Source: Eledone cirrhosa
Lineage: Eukaryota
Direction of reading: 5' to 3'
Assembly: GCA_964016885.1 (NCBI GenBank)
Contig: OZ024743.1
Location: 124,992,001-125,056,000 of the forward strand
DNA length: 64,000 bases
The notes under the pieces were generated by a model. The model saw only the letters and a list, made by a program, of their open reading frames with translations, ran no database searches and was not told the DNA's origin. A program made the translations under genes and the position numbers. Positions 1-13,394 of this stretch are shown in pieces; position 1 is the stretch's first letter, and each line of letters begins with the position of its first letter.

Positions 1-688
1 ATAAAGAACACCCTTTGTCTCTGGCTAGACATTAGTCGTATAACTCACCGCTGTAAGTGTAACAGAAGCATTTTACTGAATTTCTTTTTATAAATATCTC
101 GTGAGACTATTTAACTATTTCAACACCTTAGTCTCTCTATCACCTGTGGCAATGCTGTGAATGTTTTGGGTTTGCCCCCAAAAAGATAGAGGGAAACACC
201 TGCATTTCTTGTTGTAACGTATAATTGAGTGTGCATGTCTTCTCCCTATCCCCAACTTTATTTTTTTCCTGATTAATTGATTTCTAATTTAAGCTCAAGG
301 CTGGTAAATTTTTGGGAAAGGTAAAGTTCACTAAATCAACCCTGTCTATCGATTTTATTCGTGTTAACGTAGATTGCTGACGTAGATGATAGAGTATAAG
401 ACACATCACTTTAATACGAAAAAAAATAACGTCTGTTCCCTTACACGTTGTATCATTGGGTGTGGTGTAGTTGTAGTGGGGGATATTGAAGAGTAGAACA
501 TATTGTACAGTGATACGTCGAATCACATCAATAATTTCTGTCTCTCTCTCTCTCTCCACACGTGTGTCTGTGTGTGTGGATGTATATATATATTATTAAC
601 ACAGGTTACTGTATATATATATATATAATATAATATTATAATAAAATGACAGGAGGCTGGACTTGTGTAAATCCTTGAAAGGTTTATT

Positions 689-746
689 ATACTATGATCA
701 TTTCAATGACCGGGTTCCATATGAATCCGGTGATATCATCAGGTAT
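689..746 (-). ncRNA. Type I hammerhead ribozyme in a PLE-like 3' end
   Basis: Minus strand reads AUAC-CUGAUGA-[UAUCACCGGAUUCAUAUGGAACCCGGUCAUU]-GAAA-U-GAUC-A-UA-GUAU. Stem I is AUAC:GUAU, the core is intact, stem III is palindromic, and the cleavage triplet is AUA. A ...PDGLK* PLE-like ORF end lies upstream (~870-930) and (TA)n lies downstream. Confidence 0.8.
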
Positions 747-1440
747 TCGAAATACAATAAATGAATGTAATAGGTAAAATCCATGGGGCTGAAAATCAAA
801 GACAGGAGGACGACCGACCATCTAGCACCTTCCACTTTAGCCGGTCGCCCTCAAGTGTTGGCTATTTGGTCTACTTGAGGCCATCTGGTGTGTGTGTGTG
901 GGGGGGGGGGGGGTAAAGCTTTTAGTGTGCTACTACCCTCCCTGGTCAAATAGAAAGGAGGGGGAAGATAAGTCAGCGTTAATATCATGCTACACGAAAA
1001 AGGACAGAAAGAAGGGGGAAGAAAAGGAAGAAGAAGAAAAGGCAGCGTTAGTGTCGAGCTACAAGAAGAAAGACAGAAAGAAAGAGGAAGAGAAGTCCGT
1101 ACTAATGTCAAGCTAGTCAGGCCAGGAGTGGCGCGAAAAAATGTTATTCTAAAGGACCCGTATCTTAACAGAGGTATATATTATAACAGAGGTAAATATA
1201 GTGGGGGTCTGCATGTTATAATGTGTGAGCAGAAGATTGAAACGTTAAATTTTGTTTAGATCTATAGGGTGAAGTTACAAAAATTCAATATTTAATATTA
1301 ACATTATAAAATTAAAGAAATTAGAAAATTGAAAATTAAACAGTTTAAAATTTTTAAGGTTTTAGTTACGAGGTTTAAGTAAAGAAAGTCTTTTATGAAG
1401 AAACTTTTATGAAGAAACTTAAATATATATATATATATAT

Positions 1441-1785
1441 ATATTAAGACAGGGGGGAAGAAAAAATGGCTTCACTTGTGCTTTCAATAAATTTATTTTC
1501 TTCACAAAATCCCAAAAGAATTTTTTTTCCGGATTAGAAAAAAAATTTTTTTTTTTTTTTTTTTTTTCTTAAAAAAAATTATTTTATAAATTAAGTTAAT
1601 TTATAAAATAATTTTTTTTAAGAAAAAAAAAAAAAAAAAAAAAAAAATTTTTTCTAATCCGGAAAAAAAATTCTTTTGGGATTTTGTGAAGAAAATAAAT
1701 TTGTTGAAAGCACAAGTGAAGCCATTTTTTCTTCCCCCCTGTCTTAATATACCTAACTGTACCAAGGATTACACACATTTTCCAA
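1441..1785 (+). repeat. ~310-bp near-perfect palindrome (fold-back) plus 35-bp unpaired tail, flanked by (TA)n
   Basis: 1441-1594 is the reverse complement of 1596-1750, centred on G1595, with one substitution and one homopolymer-length difference. Tail 1751-1785 runs into (TA)n. Confidence 0.9.
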
Positions 1786-1883
1786 TATATATATATATAT
1801 ACACACACACATATATATATGTGTGTTATGTTATTACGCTTGTATGTATGTATGTATGTATGTATGTATGTATGTATGTATGT

Positions 1884-2084
1884 CTGGAGATCTCTCTGCA
1901 CTTGTCATCACATGGTACAATGGGCCCAGCACTATGTGTCAATAATTGTCACAGGTGTAGTGTTTGTACCAGAGTTTTCAAGTCGCTGCCTGGACTAAAA
2001 AGTCACATTCAGCGCATCGGTAGGTGTTCCCCTACATGGATATAAAGTAGTGGCCGTACTCGAAAACGAGTTGGCAGCCACCAT
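1884..2084 (+). mobile_element. 3' end of an RTE-type (non-autonomous) element with a C2H2 remnant and (TATG)n tail
   Basis: Nearly identical to 57835-58040. Encodes CSVCTRVFKSLPGLKSHI and ends ggccgtactcgaaaacgagttggcagccacc(atgt)n. Confidence 0.7.
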
Positions 2085-2383
2085 GTATGTATGTATGTAT
2101 GTATGTATGTATGTATGTATGTATGTATGTATGTATGTGTGTATGTATGTATTGGCAGTAAATTGGTAGAGACGCTAGAATGCCTAGCGGTATGCGTTTC
2201 GGCTCCCTTGTCTTTGAGTTCAAATCCAACTCATGTCAACTTTGCATTTTATCCCTTCGGGGACGATGAATGCCATCTGATTTTTTTCTTTTTCTTTCTG
2301 CTTTTCTTTCCAGTTACTCTGAATCACCCCTCTCTCTCTCTCTCTCTCTCTATAAATACGTAGATACATGCACACACACACAC

Positions 2384-2415
<32 letters not shown>

Positions 2416-2417
<2 letters not shown>

Positions 2418-2625
2418 AAAAGGTAAACAGAAATAACAACACAATCGGTACAGTATATGGAAGGAATATATTAGGTTAACGCTTGAAATAGCAGGAAGAG
2501 GGTTTTAACGTTTCGGACGCTAGTCCTTCATCAGAAGAAAGAATGAGAAATAAGATAGATTGAAGGGACGGGCGGGTTGGAATTGGAAAAAAATGTCTTT
2601 AGATAACAGATCCATTCATGTTGGA
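2416..2625 (-). mobile_element. Penelope/Neptune-like 3' end (solo pLTR) with a minimal hammerhead at 2503-2538
   Basis: Same sequence as 28959-29175 and the reverse complement of 61558-61780. Minus strand reads UCUU-CUGAUGA-AGGAC-UAGC-GUCC-GAAAC-GUU-AAAA. Ends in (CA)n. Confidence 0.85.
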
Positions 2626-2811
2626 GTTCTGGCTTCAATCGAGGCTAACCACAGTAAGTAGGATACTCAATACATTAGTAGATTGTAAGCATCAAATTTC
2701 GAATGGAACAGTTCTAGCCCTGTAGAACCCATTTCTATATTAAATTTGATATACATGGCTTAGTGGTTAGAGCATTGGTAAGCGCATGGTTTAGTGGTTA
2801 GAGCATTGGTA

Positions 2812-2960
2812 GGCGCATGGCTTAGTGGTTAGAGCATTGGGCTTGCAATCAAAAGGTTGTGAGTTCAATTCTCGGACCGGGTGATGTGTTGTTCCCTTGA
2901 GAAAGACACTTTATTTCACGTTGCTCCAGTTTACTCAGCTGTAGAAATGAGTACCGGCCT
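2812..2960 (+). mobile_element. tRNA-derived CORE-like SINE (family B); head triplicated at 2753-2838
   Basis: A box (tggcttagtggttagagc), B box (gagttcaattc), and a MIR/CORE-like segment (ccttgagaaagacactttatttc). Related copies near 6735, 10457 and 49190 (-). Confidence 0.7.
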
Positions 2961-3084
2961 GCCCGCCTAGCCAGTGGGATAGCGTTATCTTATGGCTAAA
3001 ACAGCACGACGTGCTGTGACCAGCGGCGCCGATTGGCGCCCGACAGACTGGTCGGTCAAGGTGATCAAGGTGATATATATAGGC

Positions 3085-3470
3085 ACATTCAGATTCCAAC
3101 AATCCAGCAAATATTATTAAGAAAATATCTATAGCAATAAGTAAAGGTATAATCAATCTCTCTTTTGATGGCGCATCTTTTCACAGGTCCAAAAGTACAA
3201 TAGTATCTAAGCCTACAACTATAAATAATAAGAAAACCCGTTACAGAGAAGTAAATGTTAGTTGGTTCAATTCACCGTTCAGCTAGAACGTTGTAACCTG
3301 CCTTACTTTCATGAACGCAATCTTTCACAAAGATAACAAATTTCCTAATAGGAACAATATAAAGGCAATTATTTCACAACTCCTTCTATAAGAAAAAATC
3401 ATTTCGTTGCTTCAAAAGAACACAAACCAAAAAGAAGGCAGTGGTAATTGTCTAAAAACTCCATGTCTGA
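3085..3470 (+). pseudogene. Degenerate Penelope-like RT thumb/linker fragment
   Basis: Manual translation gives HSDSNNPANIIKKISIAISKGIINLS and SWFNSPFS*NVVT, matching the SNHPPxIIK / WFNPPFSxNV motifs of PLE ORFs. Contains stops and deletions. Confidence 0.6.
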
Positions 3471-3795
3471 AGTCACTATACCCACACACGCATAAAACCG
3501 TAATACTGTGTGAGTTTACTGTTAAGCTGATCTGATTTATGTTATGTTCAGTTATGTTCTGCTTTCAAATTCCTTTGAGGTCCATGTTTACTTTCGTCCT
3601 TCCACTGTCGATAAAATAAGTATCGGTTGAGTACTCGTAGAGCTATATTATAGACTCCAGCTCTCCCCTCAAATCTGTTGATGTTGTATCATATCTTAGA
3701 AACCTTCAATAGTTATGTAACAAACAACTCAACATTTATTACGAGTCTTAGAAATGACTATTATACATGTTATTATTGAACATTTATTACCAGTT

Positions 3796-3841
3796 TTCTT
3801 CTTCTTCTTCTTCTTCTTCTTCTTCTTCTTCTTCTTCTTCT

Positions 3842-3872
<31 letters not shown>

Positions 3873-4390
3873 TGCCCACTTATTCCAGAGAGAGTCACGG
3901 GCAGAGTTCTCAAGCACTCCTTCCAGCTGGTCCTGTCAGAAGTAATTGTCTCCAATTGATCCGGCTGGATCGCCAAGCGTGACCAGCGAAGCTCATGTAT
4001 ATTACCCAGCCATCTTGCTTGTGGTCTACTCCTGGATCTCTTGCGATTCTTTCCTTAGACATTCTAACCACATGACCGTACTATCGGAGCTGTGATCTCT
4101 CAGTTCAGAGAAGTAGCGGCTCAACCTGGCGCGATCGCCGAGCTACGCACTCTATCGAGTAACGTCCCCCCAAAGACCCTTCGGAGGAACCCCATTTCGG
4201 ACGTTTGTATTCGCGATCGTATTTTTTCGGTCATTGACAGAGGAAAGAGTTGGCACGAGTACTGAATTGAAGATAGCGAGTTTGACTTTTACACCTACCT
4301 CCCTTCTGATGACCGAATACTGATGCTGGTGTATTACTGCACCAACTCCTGCAAACATTGTACTTAATTCAACCCCCTGCCTTCCATTAC
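3796..4390 (-). mobile_element. RTE-like LINE 3' fragment with (GAA)n tail
   Basis: Minus-strand remnant KVKLAIFNSVLVPTL and a DRTSWK-like C-terminus, followed by ~25 GAA units (3796-3870). Confidence 0.6.
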
Positions 4391-5707
4391 TTGTTAAAAC
4401 GACTCGAGGTACTAGAACTTCTCCACCTGTTTCAAGTGAACTCCACTCACGTGTAGAGTGCACTGCACAGACTTCCTTGAGAGGTCGAGTGTCTCAATCT
4501 TCGCAACACTGATTTCAGTCCTGCTATCCATGTCGGAGATCACCTCCCGACGAGTTAAGTAATACCATGTTGTCTGAAAATTCCAGCTGACTGATCCTAC
4601 TATAAATTTGGAGGGACAATGGCAATCCCATTGTTTAGGTGTAGTGTCAGAAATTACTACACAAGTGAGGGTGTGGATACTCACAAGTCCCCGGCTGTTG
4701 GAATGTGATATGGATTGGGAGGGAGGATTTGCTTCTCGAAGCTTAGGTTAAAAGCAAGGTCTCTGTGGGTGGTGCAAGTTTATGCGCTAAATAGTCAGAA
4801 TACAGATCCTTCGTCGGTGAAGTCACTGCAGCTTTAGATGTAGTTAAGACCCGAGTTATATATCATAATGGGAGACTTCAGTACACATGTTGACACTGAC
4901 CATCTGATATGGAAAGGAGTGGTTTGAAGGAACGGCGATCCTGATCTAAAAACGATTGAAGCGGCCATATTAAAGTTCTGTTTTAGTAACGAGCCCTCTA
5001 TTATGAACACATTCTTCCAGCATAAAGACATCCATAAATACATATTTATTACTTACGATAGAAATATTTATGACACATTTAACTATGACATTACTGTATA
5101 TAAATAGTTCTCAATAGTTGTCTATGACAGCACTCAACATTTATTACCTTACTTCCTTAAAATGTTTATTATATATACATTTACTCATGACATGTAATGC
5201 TGGATGTAGGCACAAGCAAAATAAGCTGCAGCTTAGGATCTCGCAATGCACACGGACTAAAAATCATCATCATCATCATCATAAGTTAATGTCCAGGCAA
5301 GGGTTGGACGAGTCGTCACGAACCAATTCGGAACCACTGATTTCTCAGATGAATCTGCCCCAGCACCAGAGAAGTGTTCATGTCTTTGACACAACTGGAG
5401 GGTCTCTCTACCCTTTGTTTGGCTAGTTTTCTATGGCCAGATGCCCTGCCTGTCATCAAACACTTTACTGGGAGCGTTTTAGGTATGTTTTCAATTTTTG
5501 TGAGGCCATCCTGTATACTTATTTAACAAAGAGCCTCCAGATTTTATATAGATTTAGTTTTGATACATTTATTTATGCCATTAGTATATGTAAGTACACC
5601 TCTTTGAAATGTTTGTATGTATAAATTTACAAATGACACGAGTCTATGATAGTACTAAACATTTGTTACCACCTTAAAAAATATCTTTGATACATTTGTG
5701 TGAACAT

Positions 5708-5930
5708 CGCGAGCTGGAATGGCTTTCCCAGCGCGCTTCCCACGCCATCCTCCGGGGAAACGCCTTCTCTATTCTGTCCGCCGGGGCAGCCAGCGCGTGG
5801 GCCCCCATTTGCTAATATTAGTGTGAGAGTGTGAGATGGTGAGAACGGGAGACACGGAGGCGTTGACAGTGGGAGTTTGGTTCCTTTGTGTTTGGACCTG
5901 GTGTATATATGTGTATATGGGAGAGAATGA
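5708..5930 (+). mobile_element. 5'-truncated 3' end of a CRE-like LINE
   Basis: 5708-5787 closely matches 16084-16161 (RELEWLFQR...GNAFSILSAG). The 3' boundary is approximate. Confidence 0.7.
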
Positions 5931-7074
5931 GTATTTGGTAGTTACTTCTATACATTTACCTACGGAATTAATATATGTAAGTAAACATCTTCAAAATGTT
6001 TATTATAAATACATTTGCATATAAAACGAGTCTATATAAGTGCTCACTACCGCGTATTTGTTACCTACTTTAGAAATATTTACTTTAAATTTCTTACATA
6101 TGCTGCAAATATTTATTAAGTATTAACCTACGATATGAGTCTATATAAGTACTCGATATTGGTAACCTACGGTACCTAATCTACCGTATTTATCCGTATA
6201 TAACAAGGATCTGCGTATAACACTCACCCTAATTTTGAGAAAGAAGGTTATATAAAAAAGTAAATAAAACGTAATATGCGTATATAATATACAGATTTTA
6301 GGCCCCGATTTTTAGGAAACAAGTGCGTATTATACATTGACATATATGGTATCTTAGAAATGCTTAGCATACATTTACTTATTACATTAGCAGACTTGTC
6401 AACTCTCTCCGTCTGACGGATAATCTCCCACCCACTTTAGGGTGGGTGAGAGATGTCTTCGCTTGTGAAAATGGGTATAGCTTAGGTTAACTTTGCCTTT
6501 CATCCTTACGGGGTCGATAAAATAAAGTACCAGTAATACACTGGGTAATTGCTGGTCTTGTGCCTAACGTAGAAACAATTATGTAAAATATTCCCATTTT
6601 GCCTCATTTGAGGGCACGTTTTTCATGGTCCTCTCCGTTTGGCCTTTTTTTGGTTGGCAAGTCTGTTCGTAAGTACTCAATATTTGTCGTCTATCTTAGA
6701 AATGTTTGTTTATGTATTCGTTGCGTGTGAAGGCATGCGGATTAGTAGGTTAATGGCTAGGGGTATTCGGCTCACGATCGCAAGTTCTTCAGTTCGATTC
6801 CTCGCGATTCGTTGTGCCCTTGATCAAAACAGGTCATTTCACGCTGCTACAGTCCCACTCAGCTGGCAAAAATGAATAATACCTGTAATTCAAAGCACCA
6901 ACCTTGTTATCCGCTGTCACGTCGAATCTACCCGAGAACTACGTTAACGGTACACATGTCTATGGAACGATTAGTCATTTGCACATTCATTTCTCGAACA
7001 GGCTGTGCCGTCGTTCAAACAACTGGAATACTCATCAAGCCCACATTACTATATATTTAGCTATGACATGTAAA

Positions 7075-7238
7075 CAGACCTTTCAACTCTCTCCGTCCGA
7101 CGGGGGAGATCTCTCACCCATCCTAAAGTGGGTGAGAGATGTCTTCTCTTGTGAAAAGGAGTATAGCTTTCATTATGTAAAATCTCCCCATTTTACCCCA
7201 TTTCTCTCTGTTTGGGTTTTTAGAGGTTGGCAGGTCTG
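7075..7238. mobile_element. MITE with cagacctg(c/t)caa TIRs; other copies at 6391-6665, 7990-8150 (partial) and 19272-19453
   Basis: Starts cagacctttcaac and ends gttggcaggtctg. The internal sequence is shared among the four copies. The 6391 copy carries a nested SINE fragment. Confidence 0.7.
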
Positions 7239-8335
7239 TGTAAGTGGAATCAAATGAACCTTCATCGGTTTCAACGATGAGCGTTCTAACAGGACAGCAT
7301 ACTCATGTAAGTGGCTGAGTATCCCACAGAGATGCGTACGTTTACGTAAGTCTCATGGAGATTCAGCGTAACACAGTGCGTGAAACAAGACTGGCTCATT
7401 GAAGTACAGGTACTTCCCGTCTTCCCAATTTCATTCACAAAGCATAAGTCGACCTGAGGAATATGGTAAATGACACGTGCACAAGAAACCACGTGATGGG
7501 GTTGAACCCGGGATCAAATGATTGTGAAGCGAACATCTTTACTATTCCGACATGTTTCGTTCACTCTATGCAAGTACTATGGTATAAATGTTTATTTATG
7601 ACTTTGCAACATAGAGTTATGGCCCTTTACGTTATGAGTTCAAATCCTGCTGAGGTTAGCTTTGCCTTTCATCCTTACGGGGTCGATAAAATAAAGTACC
7701 AGTAAGCACTGGGGTCGATTTAATCGACTTTCCCCCTCCCCTTCAAATTGTTGGTTTTGTGCCTAAAGTAGAAACAATTATTTTATGAGATTTCTTAATT
7801 CTACTTCAGGCGGAGAATTGGCAGAATCACTAGAACGTCAGATAGAATGCTTTGCGGTATTCGGCGGGATTTGGACTCTCTGAGGTCAACTTTGCTTTTC
7901 ATCCTTCAGAGGTCGATAAAAATAAGTGTCAGTCTAGGGTCGATTCTTTCTCTATATATCTTTCTTGCTTTCCCCCCTCTCACCATTTAAGACCTGCCAA
8001 CCTAAAACCCCAAACGGGGAGTAACATGAAAAAAAAGTGCCCCAAAACGGGGAGAAATAAGGCAAAATGAGGAGTTTTTTTTACATAATGAAAGCAATAC
8101 CCATTTTCACAAAAGCGGGTGGGAGATCTCCCCGTCGGAGGGGGTCTGCCATTTTTCTCCTTTTCTGGAAGAAATCGGCTGTGTTCAGACCTGGTGAGAA
8201 GATGAATTCCGACATGAATTTCGACTCTATTATACAAATTCTACTTCGGTTGTTAAAAAGAGAGCAACGAATTTTTACCTGAAAATACGAGTAGGACATT
8301 AACAATTGTAATAGTATATTACGTCGTCAGAGTGG

Positions 8336-8655
8336 TACACGTGTTGTTACGACTACTTATTGTACACGGTCGTACACGTGTTGTTACGACTACTTATTGT
8401 ACACGGTCGTACACGTGTAGTTTTTCTCTCTCCCATAGCGCCTTCACTCCCCACACACAATACATACACTATACATACACAATACATACACTATACATAC
8501 ACAATACATACACAATACATACACTATACATACACAATACATACACAATACATACACATTACATACACAATACATACACATTACATACACAATACATACA
8601 CTATACATACACTATACATACACAATACATACACAATACATACACAATACATACA
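8336..8655 (+). repeat. 37-bp tandem duplication followed by an (ATACATACACA)n 11-mer minisatellite
   Basis: gtacacgtgttgttacgactacttattgtacacggtc x2 at ~8335-8418; 11-mer array at ~8457-8655. Confidence 0.85.
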
Positions 8656-8904
8656 AACGCGCTCCAGTGGAATCAATACAAGTTGTTACTGCTATATGTT
8701 TTTTTTTAGAGTCAATAGATGTTATAAATAATCGACATAAACAGGCTCTTTGTCTGGTTTCATATCTGAAGCAATAAGATAAGAGGGAGAGAGGGGGTAT
8801 AGGGTAGATAAGAAACAGTAAGACGTGCAAGGGAGTGGGAGGTGTAAACTAACTTTTGACTCTAAACGGTATCATATATAGCTCTATGTATACACGCACA
8901 CACT

Positions 8905-8938
<34 letters not shown>

Positions 8939-8951
8939 AATACATATATAT

Positions 8952-9012
<61 letters not shown>

Positions 9013-9023
9013 TATATAACCTG

Positions 9024-9138
<115 letters not shown>

Positions 9139-9149
9139 TATATAACCTG

Positions 9150-9239
<90 letters not shown>

Positions 9240-9249
9240 TACATATATA

Positions 9250-9415
9250 AGCTGTATGGGAGCATCCCAAAAGTCAGCTCAAAAGTGACACAGAGGAGAC
9301 TGAGGTTGGCTGGACATGCTCACCGACATCCAGAGTTGACATTGCACTCAGTGCTCCTGTGGGAGCCCCTACATGGACACACTAGAAGAGGAAGACCAAG
9401 GTTAACGTATGTTGA
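9250..9415 (+). mobile_element. RTE-like LINE 3' fragment
   Basis: Encodes [39 protein letters not shown] and matches 24207-24365. Confidence 0.75.
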
Positions 9416-9598
9416 TGTATGTTGATGCACACACACATAATTATCGAGCTTCTACACAGTTTTTGTTTACCAAATTTCAATCACAAGTTATTAGTCAAGC
9501 CGCGGCTATAGTGGGAGAAAGAGACTTGCCTAAGGTGCAACGCAGTGGGACAGAACCCCGAACTACACAGTTGTGCTTGCGCTTGTACACATGCATAA

Positions 9599-9721
<123 letters not shown>

Positions 9722-9775
9722 TGAATGCATGCGTGTATGTATATATGCAAGAATGTATGTATGTATATTATGACA

Positions 9776-10305
9776 GGTCACGCTCGAGTGCTACTGGTAA
9801 CATGTAACCCAGTACAACCTGTCTCATGGTCGGATCATCGGCGACTAAACCGGCAACCCCACCAAGCTTGCTTGGTGAGGAGGGTGATATTTGGACACCC
9901 TGCGGGATGAAATACAAGACCCGGTGAAGGGCGGAGGAACTCAGCAGAGTCAACGGCCATCCAAATAGAACTTTTTTTTTCTTTTCTTTTTTTTTCACCT
10001 GGGAGTGAAAGGCTCCCGTTGTTGTCACAACACCAGAGAGGGAAATCCTTAAAAAAACCTGCGGCTTCGGAAGCATCCGATGATGTTGACCCGTTCTCCT
10101 TTTCGGGTAGTGTTTTAGATGCTCAGAGAGTGGGATTGGTCGAGTGTAAGGCTTTTCCCCACTTAAAAAACCTTCAAAGTATAGGTATTGTTTGTTCAGG
10201 ATATGTTTAAGGTTCGTGTGGCTGGCTGTAGCCTAAAGGTGAACCATTTTCTGTAATCTGACAAGCGATTGCAATACTCTTAACAGAGTTTGCAGCCACC
10301 ATCTA
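9776..10305 (+). mobile_element. Bipartite non-autonomous RTE-derived element (5'UTR-like part + RTE 3' tail) in (TATG)n; copies at 49368-49830 and 57466-58040
   Basis: The three copies share gtacaacctgtctcatgg...ggcgactaaac...gcttggtgaggagggtg...gtcaa(c/t)ggccatcc. This copy and the 57466 copy end in gcagccacc(atgt)n like the RTE tail. Confidence 0.65.
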
Positions 10306-10879
10306 TGTGTATATGTATGTATGTATGTTTGCCTGTCTGTTTGTTTGTCTATCTGTATGTGTGTATGTATGTATGTATGTATGTATGTATGTATGTATGT
10401 ATGTATGTATGTATGTATGTATGTATGTATGTATGTATGTATGTATGTATGTATGTATGTGAAGACACGTGGTTTTGTGGTTAGGTATTCAGCTCACAAT
10501 CGTAAGGTCGTGAGTTGGATTCACAGCGGCGCGTTGTGTCCTTGAGCAAGACATTTTATTTCATGTTGTTCCAGTTCACTCAGCTGGCAAAAATGAGTTG
10601 TACCTGTAATTCGAAGGGTACGCGTGTCTGTGGCTGAGCATTCCATAGAATCTCTGGGAGATTCAGCGTGACACCAAACGTGACAAGGCTGACCCTTCGA
10701 ATTACAGGCACAATTCATTTTTGCCAGCTGAGTGAACTGGAGCAAATAAGTGTCTTAATTTCATGAGCAGGCTGTTCCGTTGATCGGATCAAACGGAACA
10801 CTCACCGCCGTAACCGACGGAGTGCCTTCATGTTCATGTAAGTATGTATGTTCTCTCTTTCTCTTAATTTTGAATTTAT

Positions 10880-11620
10880 TTTTAACTGGCCACCTTCCCA
10901 GTGGCAAGGTTGTAAAGAAAGGAAATTGCCATTGTCCCTTGTGTAAGTATTCATCCTTTGAATCACTAGAATGATTTACAAATATTGAAGGTTCCAGATA
11001 TCGTGGCCATTTGTAGCTTATGAATTAAGGAACGACATTCTTTCTCCACAAATCCAAGTTCAGTTATACTTTGCTCCAGGCAGGTTGGTATATAACCTTT
11101 AGCTCCAATAATTATAGGTTTGAAGCTGAACATGTATCTTGGATGTTGGATCAGCAAACTCCTCATCAATGGTCCGTAGATATCCTCTTCTTGCATTTCT
11201 CTGACCACATTGGCATCAAGTGGGTAGCTGACTCCGACAACAGAACATCTTTTTAATGTGTGGTCCCAAACAACAATATCAAGCCGATTGCGCTTCAATT
11301 TGGTGGTAGTTTTATTTTTAGGTTCCACCAGTATTCCTTTGAGCCGCCAGTCTCAACGTATTCCTTCCTATTTGATATGATTTTCGCCTGACGTGATGTA
11401 TTCCAGATCATTCTAGCTATCACATCATGCCACGCGGGGAAGTAGCAGCGAGAAGACATTCTTTTACAGTTGGCAATAATGTGGCTAACATCTTCAATCG
11501 TTGTTTTACACAGTCTACATTTATTGTCAACTGATGGCTTTCTTCTTTTGTGCAGTAGGTACTTGGTGGGGATTACCTATTCCTGGATTGCATGGAGGTA
11601 CCCTTCAAGGTGGGATGTTA
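10880..11620 (-). mobile_element. RLE-type (R4/Dong-like) non-LTR retrotransposon 3' fragment
   Basis: CRLC...HII..C...RHDVIA zinc knuckle and RNRLDIVVWD...PIIIGAKG restriction-like endonuclease motifs (ORF 10966-11328). Confidence 0.8.
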
Positions 11621-11872
11621 TGAACTTGTACGTATATGTCTATGTATGTGTGTATGTGTCGTGCATTTATGTTGTATACGTGTGTATGCGTAAGTGTGCG
11701 CATATGTGTGTGTGTTGTGTATGTGTGTATGAGTATGTGTGTGTGTGAGTGTGTGTGTGTGCCTGTGTGTGTGTGTGTGTATTTTACGATTTGCAGTCCC
11801 TGTCAACGCATAACACCGTAACAGCAGTTACTACACTAACATAACACGTGTAACTTATGTCAGTCTATAATG

Positions 11873-11932
<60 letters not shown>

Positions 11933-12094
11933 TGTGTGTGAGTGTGTGTGCATGTGTGTGTGCGTTTTACGATTTGCAGTCCCAATCAACCGGTCAACGC
12001 ATATCCCCGTAACAGCAGTTACTACATTAATATGTGTAACTACGTCATACATACATATACATACATGCATACATACATACATACATACATACAT

Positions 12095-12161
<67 letters not shown>

Positions 12162-12207
12162 CATTAACAAATGTATTTATTAAGCAGGTAAATACACACA
12201 CACACAC

Positions 12208-12253
<46 letters not shown>

Positions 12254-13394
12254 AGGAGTTATAAAGAGAGAGTGGGGGTGAGTGAATAGTGATGGAAAGA
12301 GAGATCAAATGCATACGTGTTCGTGTACGTGTTAGGTTTTGACTTGGCGACTTAACACAACCAGCCATCAAAAATCAATACGTCCTAAGTGACTCCTGAC
12401 TGAGCAGAAATATGATTCACCTCATTCCAACCATGACCACCATATCCTTCACTCGAATATTTATCAACTTGGATTATATTAGTAAATTTAACCCCACCGC
12501 ATCCTTTTATAATAATTGTTTCTACTTTTGGCACAAGGCCAGCAGTTATTGCAGTGCATTACTGGTACTATATTTTATCGGCTCCGTAAGGATGAAATGC
12601 AAAGTTAGCCTCGGCGAGGTTTGAAGTCAGACCGTAAAGGGTCGTAACTCTATGCTTCCTTTTAATATAATAGCATGTAATTTGTGGGAGATTTAGTTAA
12701 TAATTCTAGTAAGTCGAGCAACCACGTTGATTCGTATAAACCAGTGTATTAAGTTACCATGTAAATAAGCAATTTGTGCATTGGCAGAATTGGTAAAGCT
12801 GTAGCAGTGATTTGATCTCTCAACAAAGTAGGTCAGGTCTCCATATATACTGACCCCTGGGCAATTCGGTGTTCAGTTTTTATCTTAAGCTGACGCCACT
12901 TAGTCTGGAGAAACTGAAGTCAGCGGCAGTTTATTTGAGATAAGATTGTCTTAAGGACATTCTGCTCTCGTTTCTCGTAAGAGTCAGACATCACAAGGAG
13001 TTGCTCTAGCAAGTAGAGAGATGTAGCGCTTAGCCAAACACTCCGACCCTCTCAACAAGGGCCAACAGCAATTCTTCCATTGGTACTTTAACAAAGATCA
13101 GTCCACACAACACGTCAGATAACATCTTTTGAACCATTGCACACACGCATTCACCGCAATAACTTAAGCCTTGTTTTCTTACATTGTCAACAATAGACTC
13201 GTAGCAGGTTATTAAATTAATAAATATATTTAAGAAGCGATTTGGTTTTTATTTCATTACCTATATGATCAGGGTAAATCACTTACCCAAGGAATCATTA
13301 CATCATCATCATCATCATCATAATAAATACTAAATCACTTGCACACGCGCAATATCTGATCACACTGTATCTGGCACATCAATCTCCTTCGCCT

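Noticed and set aside
8335-8418. 37-bp repeats resembling a CRISPR repeat length
   Set aside because: Direct tandem copies without unique spacers, in a eukaryotic context with no cas genes.
11782-12046. Two ~80-bp related segments between microsatellites as a structured RNA
   Set aside because: No ribozyme core or stable fold recognised; probably a local duplication or small repeat.
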